A DNA stretch of 64,000 nucleotides, from the NCBI GenBank assembly GCA_043826565.1, contig JBDRPX010000019.1, forward strand, positions 5,369 through 69,368, in the 5' to 3' direction. Positions 19,154-28,441 of this stretch are shown here, piece by piece (position 1 is the stretch's first letter; every line of letters starts with the position of its first letter). The notes under the pieces were generated by a model that was not told the origin of the DNA, did not search any database, and saw only the letters and a program-made list of their open reading frames with translations. Origin of the DNA: Candidatus Omnitrophota bacterium. Its GTDB lineage: Bacteria > Omnitrophota > Gorgyraeia > B26-G9. Made by a program: the position numbers and the translations under genes.

Positions 19154-21301
19154 ATGTTTGATAAAAAAGATCTCATATTTTCGTTAGATATCGGAACCCG
19201 CAAAGTAGTCGGTATTGTTGCGCAAAAAAATGAAAGCTCTATTCAGGTAATTGATGTGGAAGTCGTAGAGCATTCTTCCCGGACAATGCTTGACGGACAA
19301 ATACATAATATTAATGAAGTTGCCAAGATCGTCGATATTATTAAGGGAAGATTGGAAAAGAGACTGGATATCTCTTTGCACAAGGTCGGAGTTGCTGTTG
19401 CCGGCCGCGCCTTACGTACAGTGCATGCGAAAATTGCCAAAGATCTTTCCTTGGATGAAGAAATAACCGAAGACGCGGTGCGCAATCTTGAATTAGAGGC
19501 AGTAAGCAGTGTCCTTCATGAAGCGAATCATGATTTTGGCCAGGGGGATTATTATTGTGTGGGATATAGTGTGGTGTATTATGAGCTTGATTCGGCGGTT
19601 ATGGGAAATCTGGTCGGGCATTTTGGCCGGAATATGGCGGTTGAAGTTATTGCTACTTTTCTGCCCCGGGTTGTTTTAGACAGTATGTTAAGCGTATTGC
19701 GTAAGACCGGACTGGAAGTGATTAATCTTACCTTAGAGCCGATCGCGGCAATTAATATTATGATTCCGCAGGATATGCGGCGCTTGAACCTGGTGCTTGT
19801 TGATATCGGCGCCGGGACTTCTGATATAGCCTTGACCCGGGGGGGCAGTGTTGTTGCTTATGGTATGGTCCCGGAAGCCGGAGATGAAATCACCGAGCTG
19901 ATTTGTGAGAAATTCATTCTGGATTTTACTTCCGCGGAAAAAATAAAAAGATTAGTTTCCAGCCAGGCCAAAGTGGAATTCCAGGATATTTTGGGGAAAT
20001 CCTATAGGCTTGATTCTCAGGATATTATCGAGGTTATCCATGATCGTGTGCAGGCATTGGCGCGTTCTATATCAGATTGTATCCTGGAACTTAACCAGAA
20101 TGTGCCGCATGCGGTTATTTTAGTCGGAGGGGGCAGCCTTACTCCTCTATTAAATAAAGCTATTGCCTGTGCTTTGCCATTGGATGAGAATAAAGTCGGG
20201 ATTCGTATGCCGGAAATGATCCAAGGAGTGCAGGATAAAACCGGAAAGTTAAAAGGTCCGGATATGGTTACTCCGATAGGGATAAGTGTTATGACCGCCC
20301 AGTCTCGCGGTTTAAAATTTATTGATTTGTATGTAAATGAAAAGCGGATCCACGTTTTGGACATGCAGCAAAATATGGATATTATAAGTGCGCTGGTTGC
20401 TGCCGGGGTAGACAAATATAAATTATATGGAAAAATAGGAAAAGCTATTTGTGTTGAACTTAATGGCCAATTAAAGATAATTAAAGGCAAGACGGGAAGA
20501 CCCGCCCGGTTTAAGCTTAATGATAAACCGGCAGAACTAACCGATAGTGTAAAAAATCAAGACCGGATTACTTTTGAAGGAGCCCAAGACGGTGAAGATG
20601 CGATGGCGAAAGTTAAAGATATTATTGATGTTACAACTATTAGGGTTATGGTCAATGAAGAGCCTGTGGAAATCAAGCCCAGAATATTTATTAATGATGT
20701 TTTAGTAACCGAAGAAGAGGATTTAGTTGACCGGGCTTGTATTGAATTTGATCCGGAATTTGAAGTAAGAGAAGTTTTGGAAAAAGCCGGGATTAATACC
20801 CTGTCTTTAGAGGATAGAGAGATTGTTGTCCGGGTTAATAAAGAGCCGCGGATTTTAACCCAAAGCAACTATAATTTAATGATCGAGGGTAAGCGCGCTA
20901 CTTTAAACTCAAAAGTTATCGATGGAAGTGTTATTGAATTTGATAAAGAGCATGCTCAGTTCTACCGGGTAAAGGATGTCGTGGAAGTCCCGGAGAATGG
21001 CCGGAATATAAGGGTTGTATTTAATGACAAGCAATGTATGTTAGATGGAAATCACGGGAAGATTTTTATGAACGGACAGAAGGTCGATGCCGATGAATTT
21101 CTTATTGACCGGGCGGAGATTATTACCAAGCCTGGAGGAAATATGCTGCCGACTGTATCTCATTTGTTAAAATATTTCCCGGTTGATTCTGATGAATATA
21201 AGGGGAAAATCCTAAAGATTGCTGTCAACGGAGAGCCGGGAGGTTTTACAACACAGCTTTCCGAAGGAGCAGAAGTAACGATTTGTTTTGTCCACAGATA
21301 A
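19154..21301 (+). CDS. Long FtsA/PilM-like actin-fold ATPase with a C-terminal repeated beta-rich extension
   Basis: SLDIGTRKV, MLDGQIH, TLEPIAA, VDIGAGTSD, AGDEIT, LVGGGS; ~330-aa tail of repeated VNxxP/IFxN units. Confidence 0.75.
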   Translation: MFDKKDLIFSLDIGTRKVVGIVAQKNESSIQVIDVEVVEHSSRTMLDGQIHNINEVAKIVDIIKGRLEKRLDISLHKVGVAVAGRALRTVHAKIAKDLSLDEEITEDAVRNLELEAVSSVLHEANHDFGQGDYYCVGYSVVYYELDSAVMGNLVGHFGRNMAVEVIATFLPRVVLDSMLSVLRKTGLEVINLTLEPIAAINIMIPQDMRRLNLVLVDIGAGTSDIALTRGGSVVAYGMVPEAGDEITELICEKFILDFTSAEKIKRLVSSQAKVEFQDILGKSYRLDSQDIIEVIHDRVQALARSISDCILELNQNVPHAVILVGGGSLTPLLNKAIACALPLDENKVGIRMPEMIQGVQDKTGKLKGPDMVTPIGISVMTAQSRGLKFIDLYVNEKRIHVLDMQQNMDIISALVAAGVDKYKLYGKIGKAICVELNGQLKIIKGKTGRPARFKLNDKPAELTDSVKNQDRITFEGAQDGEDAMAKVKDIIDVTTIRVMVNEEPVEIKPRIFINDVLVTEEEDLVDRACIEFDPEFEVREVLEKAGINTLSLEDREIVVRVNKEPRILTQSNYNLMIEGKRATLNSKVIDGSVIEFDKEHAQFYRVKDVVEVPENGRNIRVVFNDKQCMLDGNHGKIFMNGQKVDADEFLIDRAEIITKPGGNMLPTVSHLLKYFPVDSDEYKGKILKIAVNGEPGGFTTQLSEGAEVTICFVHR

Positions 21302-21425
21302 TCCGCCAAGTGGCCGCTGAAAGCGGACAATGGCGAGACCTCCCGCCTAGCCATCTTTAGAATGAGCTTCTTGGGCGGCGAGGCTGGCGCCGAGGGCAAC
21401 TTCGGAGAAGTATCCCGGCGGGAAA
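21300..21425. repeat. Nested GC-rich REP-like elements
   Basis: CCCGCCTAGC...GGCGAGGCTGGC core (also at ~28096-28123) inside a TCCGCC..TGGCGAGA..TCCCGGC element (inverted relative at ~53335-53372). Confidence 0.6.
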
Positions 21426-21487
21426 ATAATTAGAGGGGATCTAACCTGATAGATAGTGGTCTGATCCCTTGATTTTTAGTAAAAAGG

Positions 21488-21516
21488 TTGACGCCTGGAT
21501 TTAAATACGATATTAT
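21488..21516 (+). promoter_or_regulatory. Putative topA promoter
   Basis: TTGACG-N17-TATTAT. Confidence 0.55.
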
Positions 21517-21546
21517 ATCTGCAATCATTACACAGGATATGTTATT

Positions 21547-23559
21547 ATGAAAAAATTAGTTATTGTTGAATCTCCCACAAAGGCCAGAACCATTGGAAGA
21601 ATTTTGGGCAAGGATTATGTTGTTTATTCCTCCATGGGGCATGTTATTGATCTTCCGCGCCGAAAAATCGGGGTAGATATAGAACAGGATTTTAAGCCGA
21701 CCTATTCCATAATTACCGGGAAAAAGAAAATTCTCACCCAACTTAAGAAAGAGGCAAAAAACACAGATGTTGTTTATCTGGCCACAGACCCTGATCGCGA
21801 GGGAGAGGCGATAAGCTGGCATCTTAAGGATCAATTGCGTGATAAAGCTAATAATCGCAGCTTCTTGCGTGTTGTTTTTCATGAGATTACTCCGCAGGCG
21901 ATTGAAGAGGCGTTTAACCATCCTCATGAGGTAGATCAGAGTAAAGTATATGCGCAGCAGGCCCGGAGGATCTTAGACCGGATCGTCGGTTACTTTTTAA
22001 GCCCGCTGCTTTGGAAAAAGGTGGCAAAGGGGTTAAGTGCCGGTAGAGTGCAATCTGTAGCTTTAAAGATAATTGTTCAAAGAGAAAGACAAATAGAGGA
22101 GTTTAATCCGGAGGAATACTGGAAGGTTGAGGCTGAGCTAAAAAGAAGAGAAGGTAATAAAGAGATTTTTACTGCCGAACTGATAAAGTGCGGCCAGGAA
22201 AAAATAAAGGTTCAAAAGCAGGAAGAAGCGGATAAAATCATCGAAGAACTTAAAGTTCAAAGCTATGCTGTTTCCGCAGTCAATAAAAGAGAGAAAAAAA
22301 GAAACCCCTATCCGCCGTTTATTACCAGTACGCTTCAGCAGGACGCGTTTAATAAGCTTAAATTTACTGCCCGCAAGACCATGATGATCGCTCAACAGCT
22401 TTATGAAGGGATAGAACTCGGGGAAGAAGGCCCGATAGGGCTGATTACTTATATGAGAACTGATTCGGTTAAGATTGCTGATTCAGCTTTGGCAAAGGTC
22501 AGAAAGTTTATCCAGGATGAATACGGTAAACAATATTTACCAGCTAAACCTAATGTGTATCGCTCTAAAGGATCGGCGCAGGAAGCTCATGAAGCGATCC
22601 GGCCGACTGCGGTAGAACGTATTCCGGCGCAGGTAATGGGGTATCTAAGCGATGACCAATATAAGCTATATGAATTGATCTGGAAAAGAACAGTGGCCAG
22701 CCAGATGCTGCCGGCGCGTTATTTAGCCATTACTATTGAGATTGCCGCGGGCCGGTTTTTATTTTCTACCAGCGGGGCTGTGCCATTATTCGATGGTTTT
22801 TTAAAGATATATAATCGGGAAGATATTAAAGAGAAAGAAAATTCTTTGCCGGAGTTTAATCAGGGCGAGGGGCTTGATCTTCTGAACCTTTTACCTTCTC
22901 AGCATTTCACGCGTCCTCCGGCCAGGTATTCGGAAGCATCTCTGGTAAAAGCACTGGAAGAAAAAGGGATTGGCCGGCCGAGTACTTATGCGCCGATTAT
23001 CCATACCCTGGTATTGCGCAACTATGTGCGTCGTGAAAAGGGATATTTAATGTGTACAGAACTGGGAATGAAAGTCAGCGATATTTTAACCGAATATTTT
23101 CCGAAAATTATTAATGTGACGTTTACGGCGACAATGGAAACCGAACTTGACAAGGTCGAAGAAGGAGAACTTGACTGGGTAACTGTTTTAAGGGATTTTT
23201 ATACGCCGTTTGAAAAAAAGCTTAGTTTTGCCCAGGATAATATCAAGAAAGAGGTTATCGAGACTGACGAGGTATGTACTTTATGCGGCCGGCCCATGGT
23301 GATCAAGTGGTCCCGCAGAGGTAAGTTTTTAAGTTGTTCCGGGTTTCCGGAATGCCGCCATGCTAAGTCTATTTCCAGCGGAGTGAAGTGTCCGAATGAA
23401 GGCTGTGACGGTGAGTTGATTCAGCGCAGTTCAAAAAGAGGAATGCGTTTTTACGGATGCAGTAAATATCCGGAATGCCGTTATGTGTCAAGATATCTGC
23501 CGAAAGAGGGCAAAGAAGGGCCGCAAGAGGATGAAGAGCAATCAGAAACCAGTGACTAA
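21547..23559 (+). CDS. topA: DNA topoisomerase I
   Basis: LVIVESP, ATDPDREGE, SAGRVQS, ITYMRTDS, AHEAIRPT, GIGRPSTY, C-terminal zinc ribbons. Confidence 0.98.
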   Translation: MKKLVIVESPTKARTIGRILGKDYVVYSSMGHVIDLPRRKIGVDIEQDFKPTYSIITGKKKILTQLKKEAKNTDVVYLATDPDREGEAISWHLKDQLRDKANNRSFLRVVFHEITPQAIEEAFNHPHEVDQSKVYAQQARRILDRIVGYFLSPLLWKKVAKGLSAGRVQSVALKIIVQRERQIEEFNPEEYWKVEAELKRREGNKEIFTAELIKCGQEKIKVQKQEEADKIIEELKVQSYAVSAVNKREKKRNPYPPFITSTLQQDAFNKLKFTARKTMMIAQQLYEGIELGEEGPIGLITYMRTDSVKIADSALAKVRKFIQDEYGKQYLPAKPNVYRSKGSAQEAHEAIRPTAVERIPAQVMGYLSDDQYKLYELIWKRTVASQMLPARYLAITIEIAAGRFLFSTSGAVPLFDGFLKIYNREDIKEKENSLPEFNQGEGLDLLNLLPSQHFTRPPARYSEASLVKALEEKGIGRPSTYAPIIHTLVLRNYVRREKGYLMCTELGMKVSDILTEYFPKIINVTFTATMETELDKVEEGELDWVTVLRDFYTPFEKKLSFAQDNIKKEVIETDEVCTLCGRPMVIKWSRRGKFLSCSGFPECRHAKSISSGVKCPNEGCDGELIQRSSKRGMRFYGCSKYPECRYVSRYLPKEGKEGPQEDEEQSETSD

Positions 23560-23611
23560 CTTGTCCCTCTAAGGGGGATCTGGTTTTTGGCAACTGGTAG
23601 CTGGTGTTATA

Positions 23612-24484
23612 ATGGAACGTTATATAGATAAGTTTTTGAGTTATTTAAAAGTAGAAAAAGATTCTTCTATCCATACTGTAATAAACTATAGTGTGGATTT
23701 AAAAGATTTTGCTTCCTTTATCCAGGATAAAGATATCAATGATATCGATGTCCTGGATGTCCGAAAATTTTTAGTTTCTTTACGCCAAAAGAATTTCAAG
23801 AAAGTAAGTATCGCCCGGAAGATGGCTTGTTTGCGTTCATTTTTTAAGTTCTTATGCCGGGAAGGTCATTGTAAATCCAATCCGATGGTGGGGTTAGTCG
23901 GACCTAAACTGGATAAAAAACTGCCGATTTTCTTAGGTGAAGATGATGTCAGCAAGCTTTTGGATACTCCGGTAGAAAAGGATTTGCCGGGGTTAAGGGA
24001 TAAAGCGATATTGGAAACATTATACAGTACCGGGATCCGGGTTAGTGAGCTGGTGGGGCTGAATATTGAAAATGTGGATTTTATCGGAGGAGTTATTAAA
24101 GTATTCGGCAAGGGCCGGAAAGAACGGCTTGCTCCGATCGGAGATAAGGCTTTGCGGGCGATTAAAAATTATATTGATAAGCGCAACAAGGCTGCTCCTT
24201 CATCCGGCCGGGCTTTATTTTTGAATAAAGATAAAAAACGCCTTACAGATAGAAGTATCCGGAATATAGTCGAGAAATATATAAAAGTTGCCAGTCTGAG
24301 AAATGATATTTCGCCGCATAGCTTGAGACATTCTTTTGCTACGCATCTTCTGAACCGGGGAGCAGATTTGCGTGCGGTTCAGGAGTTGCTGGGACACGCT
24401 AATTTATCCACAACTCAGATATACACGCATCTTTCCACGGAAAAATTAAAGAATGTTTATGAAAAAACACATCCGAGGGCATAG
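23612..24484 (+). CDS. xerC: Tyrosine recombinase XerC
   Basis: TGIRVSEL, GKGRKER, SPHSLRHSFATHLL, LLGHANLSTTQIYTH; located downstream of topA. Confidence 0.85.
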   Translation: MERYIDKFLSYLKVEKDSSIHTVINYSVDLKDFASFIQDKDINDIDVLDVRKFLVSLRQKNFKKVSIARKMACLRSFFKFLCREGHCKSNPMVGLVGPKLDKKLPIFLGEDDVSKLLDTPVEKDLPGLRDKAILETLYSTGIRVSELVGLNIENVDFIGGVIKVFGKGRKERLAPIGDKALRAIKNYIDKRNKAAPSSGRALFLNKDKKRLTDRSIRNIVEKYIKVASLRNDISPHSLRHSFATHLLNRGADLRAVQELLGHANLSTTQIYTHLSTEKLKNVYEKTHPRA

Positions 24485-24524
24485 CCTAAAGTTAAAAATC
24501 AAAAATCAAAAGTCAAAAGTCAAA

Positions 24525-25859
24525 ATGACAAATCAAAATTCAAAAATAATAGAGAAAAACAATCCGGTAGGTATCCCTCGTGCTGGAGCCGTTATTCTGG
24601 ATATATTATATGTAATACTTTCGGTTTTTTACTTGCCTACTTTTCTGTTTAACGGTAAGCATCGTCCGGGAATCGTTGAGCGTTGCGGAATTTATCCACA
24701 TGATGTGCTAAGGTTTTTAGCTAATAGCCGTCAGGTTATTTGGCTGCATGCAGTCAGTGTGGGTGAAATAAGAGCAGCGGTTCCTTTAATTGAAGCCCTT
24801 AGAGAAAAATATCCCGAAGCTCAGTTATTAATCTCGACAATTACTCCTACGGGGAATGCTGTTGCCCGGCAAATTGCCGTAGAGGGGGAACTTGTTATAT
24901 ATTTTCCGTTTGATTTAAGTCCGATTGTGCGAAAAGCAATTTCGATTATTAGGCCTAAAATGATTTTGATTATGGAAACAGAACTATGGCCAAATTTTAT
25001 TACCGAAGCATTCCGACAAGATATTCCCATAGCGATCATTAACGGACGCATTTCGGACAATGCTTTTTTGCGTTACAAAAAGGCCGGGTGGTTTTTTCGG
25101 CCGATCTTGAAAAACATAGATTTGTTTTGCATGCAGACACCGACTGACGCAAAAAGGATAGAGGCGATCGGTGCCCGGAAAAATAATATCCGGGTTACGG
25201 GGAACCTGAAATTTGACCAAATTATCCAGCCGGGAGAGGAAAATACCCTGGATCTTGGCCTGACCAAGAACCAACGTCTTATTGTTGCCGGAAGCACTCA
25301 TGATCAGGAGGAGCAGATTATTACGCAGGTGTTCATAAAATTAAAAGCTAAATATCCGGATATCCGTCTTTTGATTGCTCCCCGGCATCCGCATCGGGCC
25401 AAGGCCGTAGAGCAGGTCATTAAAGACTGTGGACTGACGGCTTTTTGTCTTAGTCAGATCAAACAGCAGGAAACAGCACCGGGTAATCAGGAAGTGCTTA
25501 TTCTTGATACGATGGGTATGCTTAATAATATTTACGCATTAGCGGATATTGTATTTATCGGCGGAAGCCTGGTCCCTCATGGCGGGCATAATCCTATTGA
25601 ACCGGCGGTTTGCGGTAAGCCGGTTGTTTTTGGTAAGCATATGTTTAACTTTGCGGAAATTGCCGGTATTTTTCTAAGCAACCAGGCGGCTGTTAGCGTT
25701 AAAGATGAGCAGGAACTGTATGATACTTTGCATAGTTTGCTTAAAGACGCAGATAAAAGAAGGGATCTTGCCCGGCGGGCACAGAAAGTTATTTCCGATA
25801 ATCGGGGCAGTGTGAAAAGGGTGATGGATATTATTACAGAGCAGTTTAAAATTGACTAG
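24525..25859 (+). CDS. waaA: 3-deoxy-D-manno-octulosonic acid transferase (start codon uncertain)
   Basis: IWLHAVSVGE, ETELWPN, GNLKFD, AGSTH, APRHP, GGHNPIEP. The nearest ATG lies inside a heptamer array. Confidence 0.9.
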   Translation: MTNQNSKIIEKNNPVGIPRAGAVILDILYVILSVFYLPTFLFNGKHRPGIVERCGIYPHDVLRFLANSRQVIWLHAVSVGEIRAAVPLIEALREKYPEAQLLISTITPTGNAVARQIAVEGELVIYFPFDLSPIVRKAISIIRPKMILIMETELWPNFITEAFRQDIPIAIINGRISDNAFLRYKKAGWFFRPILKNIDLFCMQTPTDAKRIEAIGARKNNIRVTGNLKFDQIIQPGEENTLDLGLTKNQRLIVAGSTHDQEEQIITQVFIKLKAKYPDIRLLIAPRHPHRAKAVEQVIKDCGLTAFCLSQIKQQETAPGNQEVLILDTMGMLNNIYALADIVFIGGSLVPHGGHNPIEPAVCGKPVVFGKHMFNFAEIAGIFLSNQAAVSVKDEQELYDTLHSLLKDADKRRDLARRAQKVISDNRGSVKRVMDIITEQFKID

Positions 25860-25945
25860 AAAATTTTTTTAGTATAATGTTAACCATAAAGCAATAATAG
25901 GTTGACAATGATATAAAATAGCGTATAGCGGGCAGCGTTTAGTGT

Positions 25946-25971
25946 GTAGGGGCGGATCTCCGTATCCGCCC
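25946..25971 (+). repeat. GTAG-type REP hairpin
   Basis: GTAGGGGCGGATCTCCGTATCCGCCC. Confidence 0.7.
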
Positions 25972-25994
25972 GAAATAGAAATGAAAGGATAACA

Positions 25995-27821
25995 ATGTTT
26001 AATTCTAATAATGGGTTAAGGGTAACCTGGTTAATAATTTTAAGCGTAATGATTATTGTTGTTCCGGCTCAGGCAGAGACAGAGGTTTATGACCTAGACC
26101 CGGTATTTGTGCGTCCGGCTTTGCTTGATAGCGCTTATGATGATTCGTTTCTTCGGACAGAATATATTGTAAATCCGGAGCGGGAATATGAGCAGGCGCT
26201 TACAGAAGTTATCCAAAATAATTCTTTGATAGATATGCAGCGGCGCGGCTCCTTTGGTACTCAAGCTGATGTTCAGATAAGAGGAGGAAGCTTTGAGCAA
26301 ACCGATGTTCTGATTGACGGGGTAAAGGTTAATGACCCGCAAACCGGGCATTTTAATATGGATATACCTTTATTTATCTCTGATATCGATAGAGTTGTTA
26401 TTGTGTCCGGATCAGCAGCAAGTGCTTATGGTGCCGGCAGACAGGGGGGCTCTATTCATATTGTTACCAAGAGGCCCGAAGAAAAGGCAATTAAAGCACA
26501 GGCAATCTTTGGTGCCAACTCTTTTTCCAGCCAATCGGTATCCTCCAGTTATGCGTTGGGCGAAGCTAATTTCAGAAGCTCTCTTGGCAGGGCCTCTTCC
26601 GGCGGATATCGTCATAATACCGGATTTGAGAGTCTGCAGTTTTCTCAGAGCGCTTTTTGGAAAAGCGGATATGGAGATGTGGATTTTACTTTGGGAGTAC
26701 TGGATAAAGAATTCGGGGCCAATGGATTTTATTCAGAATTTTTCCCCGAGCAGTTTGAACAGACCAAGACATTATTCAGCAGTATGGGAATTAAATCCCA
26801 AGCAGGTGATTTGCAGTTTAATCCGAAAGTATATGTAAGACGTCATAAAGACCGTTTTTTACTTGATCAGACAAGACCGAATTGGTATGAAAATCGGCAT
26901 ACTAGTTATGTGACCGGAGCAAAGATAGATTGCTTAAGGGATTTATCTAAAGGAAAGTTATTTTTCGGTACAGATACCGCCCAGGAGAGTATTAAAAGTA
27001 CTAATCTGGGGAAGCAAAAACGATTGAAAAATACAGTTTATTCAGAATATAGTCTTTCGCAAGACCGGGTTATTTTTGCTATTGGTTTAACCGGATGTTT
27101 TTATGAGGATTACAAAGATTATGTCTCCCCGGATATTAGTGCGGGATATTGGTTGAACGATGATTTTAAAGCAAGAGCATCATTTAATCGTTCATTCAGA
27201 GTCCCAACGTTTACTGAACTTTATTACGTGAGTCCGGCAAATATGGGTAATGCTAATCTTGTTCCAGAGCGTTCAAGTAACTATGAAGCCGGAATTGATT
27301 ATATTCGTCATGATTTTTCTTCCTCAGTAACCGCTTTTACACGAAGAGGGAAAAATTTAATTGATTGGGTCAGAGCTCCGGCAGCAACTGTTTATCAGAT
27401 CCAGAATGTAGCTGATGTTGATACTGAAGGTATTGAAGTAAAGTTAACTGTTTATCCGGAAAAAAAGAATAGTTGTTTGCCCGGGTGTCAGGAGTTATTT
27501 TTTGGGTATTCTTATTTGGATAAACAAAGAAAAGAGAACGGGCTTGTTTCTAAATACGTATTTGATTATTTAAAACATAAATTTGTATTGGGAACAGAGG
27601 TCAAGTTGCCGGCGGATATGACGGCGGGTTTAAATCTTAATTATTTGCAGAGAATATATCAGGCGGGTGATTTTGTATTAAACGCAAAGCTGTCCAAAAA
27701 ATTTGAAGAATATAATGTGTTTTTAAAAGCAGACAATATATTAAACCACGGATATTCCGAAAGAAGTAATATTCCGATGCCCGGCAGATGGCTGTTTTTA
27801 GGTGTAGAAACGCAGTGGTGA
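25995..27821 (+). CDS. TonB-dependent receptor
   Basis: Signal peptide, plug domain (IRGGSFEQ, LIDG, DPQTGHFN), FRVPTFTELY, NLVPE, DNILN, PGRW; C-terminal W. Confidence 0.92.
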   Translation: MFNSNNGLRVTWLIILSVMIIVVPAQAETEVYDLDPVFVRPALLDSAYDDSFLRTEYIVNPEREYEQALTEVIQNNSLIDMQRRGSFGTQADVQIRGGSFEQTDVLIDGVKVNDPQTGHFNMDIPLFISDIDRVVIVSGSAASAYGAGRQGGSIHIVTKRPEEKAIKAQAIFGANSFSSQSVSSSYALGEANFRSSLGRASSGGYRHNTGFESLQFSQSAFWKSGYGDVDFTLGVLDKEFGANGFYSEFFPEQFEQTKTLFSSMGIKSQAGDLQFNPKVYVRRHKDRFLLDQTRPNWYENRHTSYVTGAKIDCLRDLSKGKLFFGTDTAQESIKSTNLGKQKRLKNTVYSEYSLSQDRVIFAIGLTGCFYEDYKDYVSPDISAGYWLNDDFKARASFNRSFRVPTFTELYYVSPANMGNANLVPERSSNYEAGIDYIRHDFSSSVTAFTRRGKNLIDWVRAPAATVYQIQNVADVDTEGIEVKLTVYPEKKNSCLPGCQELFFGYSYLDKQRKENGLVSKYVFDYLKHKFVLGTEVKLPADMTAGLNLNYLQRIYQAGDFVLNAKLSKKFEEYNVFLKADNILNHGYSERSNIPMPGRWLFLGVETQW

Positions 27822-27942
27822 AAAATAAAGCGTATAGCGTTTAGCGGATAGGGAAAATCGGTAAGGGGAAAGATTGAGTCTTTTTTGAAAAATGTGATTG
27901 CAGACATATTAACATATTAAATATCAAGAAGTTACAGATAGC

Positions 27943-28153
27943 TCAAAAGTTAAAATTCAAAATTCAAAATTGCAATTAAAAAATCAAAAGTTTAAAGATA
28001 CAATTGTTGAATATTATTGCGTATAAAATTATTGAAAACAAGAATGCTAAGTGTAAAAATGACATTAAGATGAATAACTTTTTAATTTTGCCTTGCCCGC
28101 CTAGCTGAGCTGGCGAGGCTGGCATTTTTGACATTTGCCTTTTGAGTTTTGAT
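27943..28153. repeat. Heptamer-periodic inverted array (TCAAAAn) interrupted by a REP hairpin
   Basis: AAAATTCAAAATTCAAAATTGC ... TTTTGACATTTGCCTTTTGAGTTTTGA; CCCGCCTAGCTGAGCTGGCGAGGCTGGC inserted in the right arm. Confidence 0.8.
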
Positions 28154-28224
28154 TTGGCAACTGGTTATAAAATAAAAACAAAGAAAATATTACAAAGTCT
28201 GAGAAAGAACCGAAAGATTTATAG

Positions 28225-28254
28225 AAAAAGCGAACCGTAGCGGTGCGCTTTTTT
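28225..28254 (+). terminator. Probable (bidirectional) intrinsic terminator
   Basis: AAAAAGCGAACCG-TAG-CGGTGCGCTTTTTT. Confidence 0.7.
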
Positions 28255-28317
28255 GTTATAGGATTTTAACTGTAGTAATATTAATGAGTTACAAAAATAA
28301 ATTTTTTGCAGAAATTT

Positions 28318-28346
28318 TTGCAAAAAATAATAATATGTGGTAAACT
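28318..28346 (+). promoter_or_regulatory. Putative promoter of the 1575-aa fusion gene
   Basis: TTGCAA-N17-TAAACT preceded by TGG. Confidence 0.5.
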
Positions 28347-28441
28347 TTAAAGATTTTTTATAACTTAGCAAAGACAATTTTAAAAGTTAATTAAAAAAAG
28401 TTTTAATTTTTGATACAACTATAGGAAAAGGGTATTTACAG

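Noticed and set aside
23612-24484. Integrase of a prophage or island
   Set aside because: Size, motifs and the topA-xerC context indicate housekeeping XerC; no att sites or phage genes nearby
25860-25994. Cobalamin riboswitch upstream of the TonB receptor
   Set aside because: No B12-box or conserved core; the region holds only a promoter, heptamers and a GTAG REP
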